DNA of 64,000 nt from Spartobacteria bacterium. Its GTDB lineage: Bacteria > Verrucomicrobiota > Verrucomicrobiia > Chthoniobacterales > Chthoniobacteraceae. The notes beneath the pieces were generated by a model, which made no database searches, was not told where the DNA came from, and worked only from the letters and a program-made list of their open reading frames with translations. The position numbers and the translations under genes were made by a program. Each line of letters opens with the position of its first letter. Positions within the stretch are counted from its first letter, which is position 1. The stretch covers positions 49,197 to 113,196 of the forward strand of contig JANMSW010000048.1 of NCBI GenBank assembly GCA_031389825.1, read 5' to 3'. This document shows positions 24,810-33,612 of the stretch, in pieces.

Positions 24810-26885
24810 ATGGCCCGTCAATACACTCTCCATCGCCCCCCTGCCGTCTCCGGCCCGCGTATCGACTTTGCGGCAGAGCTGAATGCGCAGCAATGCGCTG
24901 CTGTGACTGCATCGCCGGGTGCTGCTCTCGTGATTGCCGGTGCAGGCAGTGGAAAGACGCGGACCCTCACGTACCGAGTTGCCTACCTGCTGGAAAATGG
25001 CGTGCAGCCGCAGAACATCCTCCTGCTCACCTTCACCAATAAGGCCGCGCGGGAAATGCTCGATCGCGTAGCCGCGCTGATCACACATGACCTGAAGAAT
25101 CTCTGGGGCGGCACCTTCCACTCGGTTGGCAACCGCATCCTCCGCCGGCATCCTCAGGCGGCGGGGTTTGCGCCGGGTTTCTCAATCATGGATCGCGAGG
25201 ATCAGCAGGACATGCTGGACTCGGTGATAACCGCGATCGGAATAGACCCAAAGGAGAAGCGCTTCCCAAAGGGTGAGGTGCTCTCCGACGTATTCTCGTA
25301 TTCACTAAATACAGGCCGGAGTATCCAGGACGTACTCTTGGAGAAGTACCCGCACTTCCTTTCCTTTACGGAGCAGATCGAAGAAGCTCGGAAGAAGTAC
25401 GAAGCGCGGAAGAAGTCGTCGAACTCGCTCGACTTCGATGATCTTCTCGAGAAGACGCTGCGTCTGTTGCAGAACGAGAAGGCAATCTCTGAGCGATATC
25501 AGCAGCAGTTCCAGTACGTCCTGGTGGACGAGTACCAGGATACGAATCACCTGCAGGCCGACTTCATCGACATCCTCGCCGCGCATCATCGCAATGTGAT
25601 GGTCGTAGGCGATGACGCCCAGGCGATCTACTCGTGGCGCGGAGCGGACTTCCGAAACATCCTGGAGTTTCCCAAGCGGTATCCGAATGCCGCGATCTAC
25701 AAGATCGAGACGAACTACCGATCCATTCCCGAGATCCTGGACGTGGCCAATGCCGCAATCGCTGCTAACGTGCATCAGTTTGAAAAGGAGCTCGTCTCGT
25801 CCCGGACGAGTGGGACCAAGCCCGGCCTGATCCCGCTCGGGGACTCGAATCAGCAGGCGCTCTTTGTCGCTCAGCGCATCCTGGAGTTACGCGACGAAGG
25901 AATGGATCTGAACGAGATCGCCGTGCTCTACCGGGCGCACTATCACTCCATGGAGCTCCAGATGGAGCTGACCCGCCACGGTGTTCCCTTCCAGATCACC
26001 AGTGGCCTGCGCTTCTTCGAGCAGGCTCACATCAAGGACATTGCGGCTTTCTTGAAGTGGGTGGTCAATCCCAGGGACGAGGTCGCTTTCAAGCGGATGG
26101 CGCGTTTGCTCCCCGGGATTGGGCCCCGTTCGGCCGAGCAGCTCTGGGACGAAGTCTCGCGGGCCATGGAGTCGGCAGTAGTGGTGGACGCACCGGCGGC
26201 GGAGGTTGCCGCCGATCCGGATGGAGATCCCGATTGGGGCGTGTCTCCGCTGCCGACAGGGTACGCGGTGAACTTCGGGGCGATGCTCCTGCCCATGAAG
26301 GTGCCGAGCAAAGCTCGCAAGTCGTGGGAGCAACTTGCCTACACCCTCGATGAGATCGCCCCGGGGGGGCGGCCAAATCCTCCTGGCGAGATGATCGAAA
26401 GCCTGATCGAAGCCATCTACGAGGATTACGCACGGGCGACTTTCCCCAACTACGAGCAACGCCGTGAGGATCTCAATACGCTCTCCAGCTTTGCCCGCCA
26501 GTATGAGCAGCCCGCGGAGTTCCTGGATCAATTGGCGCTCCTGAGTAGCACGGATCAGGATGTGGCGGCGGGTGCGGAGGATGAGATGGTGACACTCTCC
26601 AGTGTGCATCAGGCCAAGGGTCTGGAATGGAAGGCGGTCTTTGTGATCTGGATGGCTGACGGGATGTTCCCGAGCTCTCGCTCCCTGGAGAGCACCGAAA
26701 ACATTGAGGAAGAGCGCCGACTCTTCTACGTCGCTATCACCCGGGCGCGCGACGAACTCTATCTCACCTATCCCTGCCTGCGTCTCAATGCCGGCTACGG
26801 AGAGATGCTCCAGCGGCCTTCGCGTTTTCTCGCGGAAATTCCGAAAGCCCTGGTCGAGGAGTGGCAGATCAGTGGCGGTTATTGA
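24810..26885 (+). CDS. uvrD: ATP-dependent DNA helicase UvrD/PcrA/Rep family
   Basis: LNAQQCAAV, AGAGSGKTRTL, LLLTFTNKAA, VLVDEYQDTN, VVGDDAQAIYSWRGA, NYRS, SSVHQAKGLEW, YVAITRA. Confidence 0.9.
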   Translation: MARQYTLHRPPAVSGPRIDFAAELNAQQCAAVTASPGAALVIAGAGSGKTRTLTYRVAYLLENGVQPQNILLLTFTNKAAREMLDRVAALITHDLKNLWGGTFHSVGNRILRRHPQAAGFAPGFSIMDREDQQDMLDSVITAIGIDPKEKRFPKGEVLSDVFSYSLNTGRSIQDVLLEKYPHFLSFTEQIEEARKKYEARKKSSNSLDFDDLLEKTLRLLQNEKAISERYQQQFQYVLVDEYQDTNHLQADFIDILAAHHRNVMVVGDDAQAIYSWRGADFRNILEFPKRYPNAAIYKIETNYRSIPEILDVANAAIAANVHQFEKELVSSRTSGTKPGLIPLGDSNQQALFVAQRILELRDEGMDLNEIAVLYRAHYHSMELQMELTRHGVPFQITSGLRFFEQAHIKDIAAFLKWVVNPRDEVAFKRMARLLPGIGPRSAEQLWDEVSRAMESAVVVDAPAAEVAADPDGDPDWGVSPLPTGYAVNFGAMLLPMKVPSKARKSWEQLAYTLDEIAPGGRPNPPGEMIESLIEAIYEDYARATFPNYEQRREDLNTLSSFARQYEQPAEFLDQLALLSSTDQDVAAGAEDEMVTLSSVHQAKGLEWKAVFVIWMADGMFPSSRSLESTENIEEERRLFYVAITRARDELYLTYPCLRLNAGYGEMLQRPSRFLAEIPKALVEEWQISGGY

Positions 26886-27068
26886 CCGGCGGATCTGCTC
26901 GCGTTCCTTCAGGGGATCTCGTCTCCGGTGCCTTTGGATCGCCTTCTTCCATCAAAAATGCTTCCTCCGCGGGCGTCGTTGCCTTCGGCCCACGTGCGAT
27001 GGGACTGCCTGATCGGCCGGTGCGGCGGAGCGTCGTCTTCGAATGCCCTGAACCTTTGGGCGATTCCA

Positions 27069-28094
27069 TCACAGCCGCTTCGCTGCCTCACCGATCGCAG
27101 CTTCGTCGATCATTGGATGTTGGCCCCTCGCGGCTTCGATCAGGCTCAGCATGGCCAGCTTATTAATGCTCCGGGGAATGCCACCGGAATGGCGGTGGAG
27201 CAGTTCCAAAGCTGACGATGTGAAGAGGTCAGCCATCCGCCCGGCCATCATCAGTCGGTACTTCACGTACTGAGTGGTCTCGTCGACGTTCAATGGCCGG
27301 AGCGTGGCGCGCAGAAAGATCCGGTTGCGAAGCGAGGCGTAGCTCGGGTGCTCCAGGCGTTCGGCCAGGCGCGATTCGCCGAAGAGCAGGCAGGTCGTCA
27401 GCTTCTCCTGCGGCGTCTCGATGTTGCTGAGCGTGCGGACGACATGCAGGCAGTCCGATGAAAGTAGGTGACCTTCATCGATGATCAGCACTAACCGGCG
27501 GCCCTCCTCGTGAAGCTCGATGATGCGATTGCTGAGCAGCTTTACCAGATCCTGCACCCGCGCCATGCCGGCGGGCAGCGCGAGATTCAGCTCCGCCAGG
27601 ATTTCGCGTAATAGTCCGCTCTTACTCAGCCCCGGCGTCACAAGGAGGAGCACCACCTCGTACTTGCTCTCGGGGAAATGTTCGAGCAGGAGCTGGCTGA
27701 GCAGCGTCTTGCCCGTGCCGCTCGGCCCCGTCACCATTCCAAAGGCCGTCTTGAACTCCGCCGCTAGCATCATGCTGCGGAAGGCTTCCGCGTGATCCTC
27801 AGTCCGAAAGAAGAACGCCGGGTGAACGCAGTCCGCAAAGGGATTCTCGCGCATCCCGTAGGCGCTCATGAAGTCTCCAGCCGGGATGAACTGAACGACG
27901 TCGGCGGAGGGTGTGGACGTAGCGGTTTCGCCCATGAGTGCGTCGAAAGCGTCCACGGCAGGTAAAGGCCCAGCTTTGTCCTCGCCGGTCGAGAGAGGTG
28001 TTGGATTCACGGCAGATGAGTGGTTGGCATGGGCGGCAAAGACGGTGAACTTCAGGCAGCGGCGGTTCCGGCAATTGACTCGCTGCCCGCCCAC
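27069..28094 (-). CDS. ExeA/MshM-like AAA ATPase
   Basis: Walker A GPSGTGKT and Walker B LVLIIDEGH. ExeA-like ...NRIFLRATLRPL..ETTQYVKYRL. Start uncertain (28094, 27935 or 27869). Confidence 0.75.
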   Translation of the reverse strand: MGGQRVNCRNRRCLKFTVFAAHANHSSAVNPTPLSTGEDKAGPLPAVDAFDALMGETATSTPSADVVQFIPAGDFMSAYGMRENPFADCVHPAFFFRTEDHAEAFRSMMLAAEFKTAFGMVTGPSGTGKTLLSQLLLEHFPESKYEVVLLLVTPGLSKSGLLREILAELNLALPAGMARVQDLVKLLSNRIIELHEEGRRLVLIIDEGHLLSSDCLHVVRTLSNIETPQEKLTTCLLFGESRLAERLEHPSYASLRNRIFLRATLRPLNVDETTQYVKYRLMMAGRMADLFTSSALELLHRHSGGIPRSINKLAMLSLIEAARGQHPMIDEAAIGEAAKRL

Positions 28095-29032
28095 TCTTCG
28101 CAGAGTCCGATAGCGATCTCCACGATTCGGCGGGCGTTCGCGTGATCCGGTTGGAGGAGTAGCAGCGGAGTGCGGCTCTGACTGGCAGCTTCCATCTGCG
28201 AGTCACGTTGCAGAAATCCAAGGTTCCGGGGGGTGCATTGCAGGAAGCGGCCCGCGCAGCCCGCGATGCGCTCATTGGCTCGCGCAGCCTGCGCCTCGTC
28301 GTCCGCCTGGTTGATCAGGAGGTGCAATCGCGCCATTAGCCGATTCTCGCGCACCAGCTTGATCACTCCGTACGCGTCCAGCGTCGCTGCGAGATTGGGT
28401 GTCGCCACGACGATCGCATCCTGCACAAGCTTCAGAAAGTGCATCACCGACATTGAAACGCCTGCGCCTGTGTCGATCAGCAGGACGTCGTACGGCGTGG
28501 CGGCGTGAAGTAGATCGCGCCCCAGTTTCTCCAGCACTGGCGCGGTCATATCCGCCAGGCGTCCAATCCCGGATGCTCCGCAGACGACGTGGATCCCGGC
28601 TGGGCCAGGGGTGATCGCGTTGCTCAGGCCGCACTTTCCATCGAGTACATCCAGCAGGTTGAGTGCGGGGTTCACGCCGGCGAAGACATGCACGTTGCCC
28701 AAGCCGAGGTCTGCATCAAAGAGCAGCACGCGTTTGCCCTGCTGTGCCAGAGCCACCGCTAGGTTCACGGAGAGGGTAGTCTTGCCGACGCCGCCCTTTC
28801 CGCTGGTCACAGCGACTAGGCGAGTGCGACGCACTCGCTGGTGCAGCTCCATCCGCACCGTCTCCACTGAAGCATGCTCCACGAAAAGTCGGTGATGCGC
28901 CCATCGCAGCAGGTCCGCCGGGGTCTGGCCGGAGGATAGCCCGCCCGAGCCGAGCAGATCCGCAAACGTCTGCTCGATAAACTGCACACGGGCCGGTTCC
29001 AAGGCACCGGTCTCTCTCAAAGCAGTATTCAC
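28052..29032 (-). CDS. MinD/ParA/FlhG-family P-loop ATPase with ~85-aa N-terminal extension
   Basis: Deviant Walker A VTSGKGGVGKTT. LFDADLGLGN; LLIDTGAG. Confidence 0.85.
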   Translation of the reverse strand: MNTALRETGALEPARVQFIEQTFADLLGSGGLSSGQTPADLLRWAHHRLFVEHASVETVRMELHQRVRRTRLVAVTSGKGGVGKTTLSVNLAVALAQQGKRVLLFDADLGLGNVHVFAGVNPALNLLDVLDGKCGLSNAITPGPAGIHVVCGASGIGRLADMTAPVLEKLGRDLLHAATPYDVLLIDTGAGVSMSVMHFLKLVQDAIVVATPNLAATLDAYGVIKLVRENRLMARLHLLINQADDEAQAARANERIAGCAGRFLQCTPRNLGFLQRDSQMEAASQSRTPLLLLQPDHANARRIVEIAIGLCEEWAGSESIAGTAAA

Positions 29033-29233
29033 GGCTAAATTGGATGCGGAAGGAGGCCACGTCTGCCGCCTTTGAAACCTGTATATCCCGGCTGTTGAAG
29101 CACAACCGGATATCTCTGATTAACCATATAGTGGGTTGACCATGCCGCTTGACCGCTCCATATAGTAGCAGCCGACGGTGGGGTCAAGCGTTGCGGGATT
29201 TCTTTCACCCCGAGCTGCTCCTACCGGATCTCA

Positions 29234-29632
29234 ATGGCTTCTGTGCTTCAGTTCTATTGCATCATCTGCGGGTCTGCGCTCACCTCTGAGGCAGCGACTG
29301 ATCGCCGGTTGATGGATTGTCCCACCTGCAAGCACACGGTCCCGATCCCTGCTCCCCTGGATGTCATCGAGGAATCTGGCGCTACCATGGATGGCTTTCC
29401 ACCGGGAGTCCTTTCACTGGAGGTGCGCTTTCTTTGCTCCGGCTGCCGCTGCAAGATTCAGATCGACGCCCGTTGGGAAGGGCGCGTCGTTAACTGCCCG
29501 AAATGTCAGCGACCCGCGAGTGTTCCTCGCTGGTCCCGTCGACCTGGGATTTCGACCGTCACGCTAAGCCCAGCCGAGGTGGATTACCTCACTGGCTCGA
29601 CGGAAGTTGAACGAAGGTCGCAATCCGCTTGA
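29234..29632 (+). CDS. double zinc-ribbon protein
   Basis: Two CxxC...CxxC pairs: CIICG..CPTCK and CSGCR..CPKCQ. Confidence 0.6.
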   Translation: MASVLQFYCIICGSALTSEAATDRRLMDCPTCKHTVPIPAPLDVIEESGATMDGFPPGVLSLEVRFLCSGCRCKIQIDARWEGRVVNCPKCQRPASVPRWSRRPGISTVTLSPAEVDYLTGSTEVERRSQSA

Positions 29633-29642
29633 GCGCGGTGTC

Positions 29643-30311
29643 ATGACGAAAAAGCGCGCTTCTCCAGCTTCCCCCAGCGCTCCCTGTCCCGCCTGCGGTG
29701 CGGAGATCAACGTCCCAACATCCCGTCCCCGCCAGAAGCTTCAGTGCCCGCAGTGTCGGCAGATTATTGTCCTGGAGAAACCTCCTATTTCCGAGGCCCC
29801 GAGTCCGGCCTTAGAGCAGGTCGTCGACCCCCTGCCACCCGCTCAGCAGGAGCGGATCGCAATTCTCGAAGCACGCGTCGCTGATCTCGAGCGGTTCCTC
29901 GCGAACGCCATTCAGCCCGTAATCAGGCCAGAAGCGCCGCGCAAGGTAAGATGGATTGCCAGCGGGGAAGCGCCCAATTACACCAGCGAGCAGGCGGATG
30001 TGCTTAACCATAATCTGCGGGCGATTCGCACGCATGCGATTCGCATCCAGTTCCCCTTTGGCGACATAGAGGCACGTACGCGCGCAGAGTGGTTTACGGA
30101 GATCTTCGCTCGCGCGCAGTGGCGGGTACGAGGACCTGAGGACACCCGGCCCGAGCAACTGACGGCATCCGGCCTTTCCCTTGCCACGTGCCTCCCCGTA
30201 TCGCCTGAAGCCGCCGCCACGTACCTCGCAATCCGTGCCGCTGGCTTTCCGCTGGCGACGATCTACGATCAGGATCTCCTGAGCAGCGAGGAGCGGTTGA
30301 TCGTCGCTTAA
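29643..30311 (+). CDS. zinc-ribbon protein with C-terminal globular domain
   Basis: CPACG...CPQCR near the N-terminus. Start at MTKKRAS (ATG 29643). Confidence 0.55.
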   Translation: MTKKRASPASPSAPCPACGAEINVPTSRPRQKLQCPQCRQIIVLEKPPISEAPSPALEQVVDPLPPAQQERIAILEARVADLERFLANAIQPVIRPEAPRKVRWIASGEAPNYTSEQADVLNHNLRAIRTHAIRIQFPFGDIEARTRAEWFTEIFARAQWRVRGPEDTRPEQLTASGLSLATCLPVSPEAAATYLAIRAAGFPLATIYDQDLLSSEERLIVA

Positions 30312-30756
30312 GGAAGAGAGAACGGTCGATCGGCAGTCTTGCTTCGCCGCAAGCAGCAGCCGTGCTGGGGAACGGTTGCACCATGCATTCGACCGGAGAC
30401 CTTGATAGATCCTACTTCCGGAGCTCGGCAGGCCGGACTTTTCGCTCCGCCCGTGAGGTGAGAGGTCTCGGCGCGCCGAACAATTCTACTGGCGCGCCGC
30501 CCGATTCCACTCGCCCGCCGAGCGTCGACATCTCGCGTGCCGAGTTCCGGCTACTGGAATGAACAGTGCGCCGTAAGGGATGGCGGCTATCTCGGACCCG
30601 CGCTCGGAGTGCGAAAGGCCGTATCTCGAGGCTCGATCCTTGCGGTTGAAGGACCGAACCCCGGGATTTGCGAGTCCACAGACTAAGCCGCATCGTAGCG
30701 TTATTGAAACACGCGGTGAGCTGGATCGTACGTCGCCCCTTCAACACAACAACCAA

Positions 30757-31392
30757 GTGAAGAGCATCGCTGATAACAACCTGAACATTCCCCCGCATGC
30801 GCCCGTCATGATGCTGCCGGGCGCGGTATTGTTTCCGAACGCGTTGCTCCCACTGTTCATCTTTGAGCCTCGCTACCGCGCCATGCTCGCTCATTGCCTG
30901 GAGCAGCAGAGAATGTTTTGTGTCGGGCACGTCCGCCCTGGCGTGGAAGAGGTGAGGTCGCTTGCAGACGTTTACCCGGTCGCCGGGCTCGGACTGGTTC
31001 GGGCCTGCGTGGGACGTGAGGACGGCACCTCGCATCTCGTGCTTCAGGGACTCGCCCGCGTTCGACTCCGCGGGGTCGTGCAAAGCTCACCGTTTCAGAT
31101 TCTGGAGATCCAAGAGCTGCCCCCGAAAGCCGTGGATCTCGGTGCCACCCGGGAACTGAGTGCCGAGGTGCTGGAGCTCTGCTCCGGAATGCAGCCAGGC
31201 GTGGATGCAGGAGACAACCTGCGAGAACAGCTCGCCAATGTCGCAGATGCCGATGCCCTGGCCGACATCGTTGCGCACACCTTCCTGCGCGACCCAGAGG
31301 CGAGGCAGGACGTACTCGAGGCCGTCTCAGTGCAAGAGCGCCTCGAAGCACTCATCCGCCACTTGCGGACAGAGACGGGGCAGGAATTGTAA
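30757..31392 (+). CDS. LON N-terminal (substrate-binding) domain protein
   Basis: LPGAVLFPNALLPLFIFEPRYRAML resembles the LON-domain N-terminus. Start uncertain (GTG 30757 or ATG 30808). Confidence 0.7.
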   Translation: MKSIADNNLNIPPHAPVMMLPGAVLFPNALLPLFIFEPRYRAMLAHCLEQQRMFCVGHVRPGVEEVRSLADVYPVAGLGLVRACVGREDGTSHLVLQGLARVRLRGVVQSSPFQILEIQELPPKAVDLGATRELSAEVLELCSGMQPGVDAGDNLREQLANVADADALADIVAHTFLRDPEARQDVLEAVSVQERLEALIRHLRTETGQEL

Positions 31393-32515
31393 GGCCAAAG
31401 AGCCGCTCGTATTCCTCCAGCAGGTAACGGTCGGTCATGCCGGAGAGGTAATCGCAGACGGCGCGATGGAGGCCTTCGGTTTCAATCCGCCGAGCAGTGG
31501 CTTCACCGAGAAGCGCGGGCTCTTCGAGGTAGCGTTGAAAGACTTTGGCGAGCATCTCGCAGGCGCGATCGTTGGCCTGTGCCACAGAGGGGTGGAAGTA
31601 GAGATTCTCGTAGAGGAAGCGCCGGAGGAGGCGATTCGCACGAAGCAGCGGTTCGCTATACTGGATCAACGGGAAGAGATGACGGCGGACTTCGTCCGAG
31701 CTCGCTGGCGCGGCAGATTCCAGGAGCTTAGAGCTGGTGGAGATAACGTCCTGAACCTGACGGTCAATGATGCAGCGGATGACGTAGGAAGTCATGGCGC
31801 TGCCTTCAAGGTGGGGGAAGTGACGACGGACTTCCTGCTCGGGCTCATGCCAGAGTTCCAGTTCGGCAAGCTGCTCACCGGTGATCAGGTTGAAATCCAG
31901 GCCATCATCAAGATCGTGAGAATAGTAAGTGATCTCGTCCGCAAGGTTCGCGATCTGCGCCTCGAGCGAGGGACAGGAGTGCTCCGATGGACGATCGTAG
32001 AACCTCCGATGCTTACGCAGCCCTTCGCGGACCTCCCAGGTGAGATTAAGCCCGGGGAACCGCGGGTATTTCTGTTCGATGCGCTCGACAATCCGAAGGC
32101 TCTGCAGGTTGTGTTCGAAACCACCTTCGTCGCGCATTAACTCATCCAGCATCTTCTCACCAGAATGGCCAAAAGGCGGATGACCAAGATCGTGGGCGAG
32201 GGCGATGGCCTCAGCGAGATCCTCATTGAGCGCCAGCGCCCGGGCAATGGTGCGGGAGATCGACGCCACCTCCATGGTGTGCGTGAGGCGAGTTCGCAAA
32301 TGATCGCCGGTGCCGCTCAGGAAGACCTGAGTCTTGCTCTCCAATCGGCGAAAGGCCCGAGAGTGGATGATTCGCGCACGGTCGCGCTCGTACTCCATCC
32401 GATATGGATGGGGTGGCTCGGCGTGCTCACGACCTGCTGATCCGGCACTGCTTTGAGCGTAGGGAGCGAGCTGGTTCCGCTCCAGTTGCTCAAGCTCCTG
32501 GCGGCTGCGAATCAT
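31352..32515 (-). CDS. dgt: dGTP triphosphohydrolase-like HD-domain protein
   Basis: RDRARIIHSRAFRRL, HLRTRLTHTMEV, HDLGHPPFGH. Confidence 0.9.
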   Translation of the reverse strand: MIRSRQELEQLERNQLAPYAQSSAGSAGREHAEPPHPYRMEYERDRARIIHSRAFRRLESKTQVFLSGTGDHLRTRLTHTMEVASISRTIARALALNEDLAEAIALAHDLGHPPFGHSGEKMLDELMRDEGGFEHNLQSLRIVERIEQKYPRFPGLNLTWEVREGLRKHRRFYDRPSEHSCPSLEAQIANLADEITYYSHDLDDGLDFNLITGEQLAELELWHEPEQEVRRHFPHLEGSAMTSYVIRCIIDRQVQDVISTSSKLLESAAPASSDEVRRHLFPLIQYSEPLLRANRLLRRFLYENLYFHPSVAQANDRACEMLAKVFQRYLEEPALLGEATARRIETEGLHRAVCDYLSGMTDRYLLEEYERLFGLTIPAPSLSASGG

Positions 32516-32819
32516 CGGTCAGCTCCTTGCGGCGGCGTTCAAGATACTCCTTCTCCAGCGTGCGCCGGGCTCGGCGGGCAGAACCGCGGACGAGCAGAAG
32601 ATCGAAGACTGCGAGCAGCGTAGCCAGCATTGTGATCCAGGCGCATACTCCCCAATAGCCGATGAAGAGCAGCGGATGTGTGCGCAGCCAGGGGAAGAGC
32701 AGCGTGGCCCCTAGGAAGAGCATGACCAGCGCTACGAGCACGCCATAGAACATGAGCTGGCGGCGCGCCGTCTGGTCGCGGATCAGACCCCGACTGATCT
32801 GGAGGACGACATTGAGCAC
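32490..32819 (-). CDS. small membrane protein
   Basis: Three hydrophobic helices and a basic C-terminal tail. Overlaps the dgt start by 26 nt. Confidence 0.5.
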   Translation of the reverse strand: MLNVVLQISRGLIRDQTARRQLMFYGVLVALVMLFLGATLLFPWLRTHPLLFIGYWGVCAWITMLATLLAVFDLLLVRGSARRARRTLEKEYLERRRKELTDDSQPPGA

Positions 32820-32867
32820 GAACTCGACTTTCTTCGCCGCGAGCGGCTTGGCAAGCCAGCAAGCGCT

Positions 32868-33608
32868 TCAGGCCAAACGGCGCACGCATTCCTCGATGAC
32901 CAGGCGGTGGGCAGCGACTCTTTGCTCGAGTGCAAACTCGGAGGGCGTCTCGACGGTGAAGGTGCGACGCGAGCCGTGACGATCCAGCCAGATGGCCTCT
33001 GGATAACCAATCACCTCGAAGCGCTTCATATCCAGGCGCCGGCGGACAACTCCGCCAATTGATCTACGCCCGTCAATCCGCGTCCGACCCTCAATGGGAA
33101 TCACTGGACAGGCAGCTTCCAGTAAGCCCTCGCCCCAGTAAGGCCGGGCACGTTGAATCTCATACAGGTAGAGCCCCTGGGCATCGTAGTCTTCGTGCAG
33201 CATCACGGAGACGGCATAGGTCTGGGGGGTGACGATCTCCTTCCAGCGGTGAATCACCGCGTGGTTGTCGCGATGGAAGCTGCGGTTGAGATCGTGCCCA
33301 TGCCGGTCATGCCGGACGTTGTTGATGAGCCCCCAGGGATTGAGGCAGGGAAAGATCAAGAGGGGTAGATGACGGAGCTCGTTAGCATGTGCCTCTGCCC
33401 AGTCCAGAAGTGCCTCGGTGGAACCCGCTTCGTCGCCATGGATCCCGGCCGAGAGGTAGATCCCGCCCGTGGCCTGCAGAGCGGGGGATTGCAGGTAGTA
33501 CAGCTCCAGCGCTCCTTCATTAACAAACCGGCGCATGCGCAATCCCGACGCACGGGCGAGGGCACGCCAGCGCTGGACCAGGTGCGGGTAGTCGTGCGCG
33601 CGGTGCAC
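32868..33608 (-). CDS. M14-family zinc carboxypeptidase (MpaA / DUF2817-like)
   Basis: GIHGDEAGS (HxxE zinc site), FPCLNPWG, HEDY. GTG start at 33608, just after the mpl stop. Confidence 0.7.
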   Translation of the reverse strand: MHRAHDYPHLVQRWRALARASGLRMRRFVNEGALELYYLQSPALQATGGIYLSAGIHGDEAGSTEALLDWAEAHANELRHLPLLIFPCLNPWGLINNVRHDRHGHDLNRSFHRDNHAVIHRWKEIVTPQTYAVSVMLHEDYDAQGLYLYEIQRARPYWGEGLLEAACPVIPIEGRTRIDGRRSIGGVVRRRLDMKRFEVIGYPEAIWLDRHGSRRTFTVETPSEFALEQRVAAHRLVIEECVRRLA

Positions 33609-33612
33609 GCGG

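Noticed and set aside
24810-26885. UvrD/PcrA helicase considered as part of a defence system (Gabija/Hachiman-like helicase partner).
   Set aside because: It has the full canonical SF1 motif set and a typical UvrD length. It has no nuclease or other partner gene and is flanked by unrelated surface and secretion genes.
31160-32140. 326-aa plus-strand ORF antisense to dgt. Similar long shadow ORFs occur at 24252-25151, 25887-26609, 36528-37409, 36553-37488, 41782-42576, 33991-34770, 17760-18470 and 23283-23942.
   Set aside because: Each lies opposite a gene with clear family motifs. Their sequences are low-complexity (R/G/A/P/S-rich) and typical of non-coding frames in GC-rich DNA.
31352-32515. 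dGTPase considered as a nucleotide-depletion anti-phage defence gene.
   Set aside because: It is embedded in an overlapping unit with mpl, an M14 peptidase and housekeeping neighbours. It has normal-looking composition and no mobile or defence genes adjacent. It is most simply the chromosomal dgt-family enzyme.
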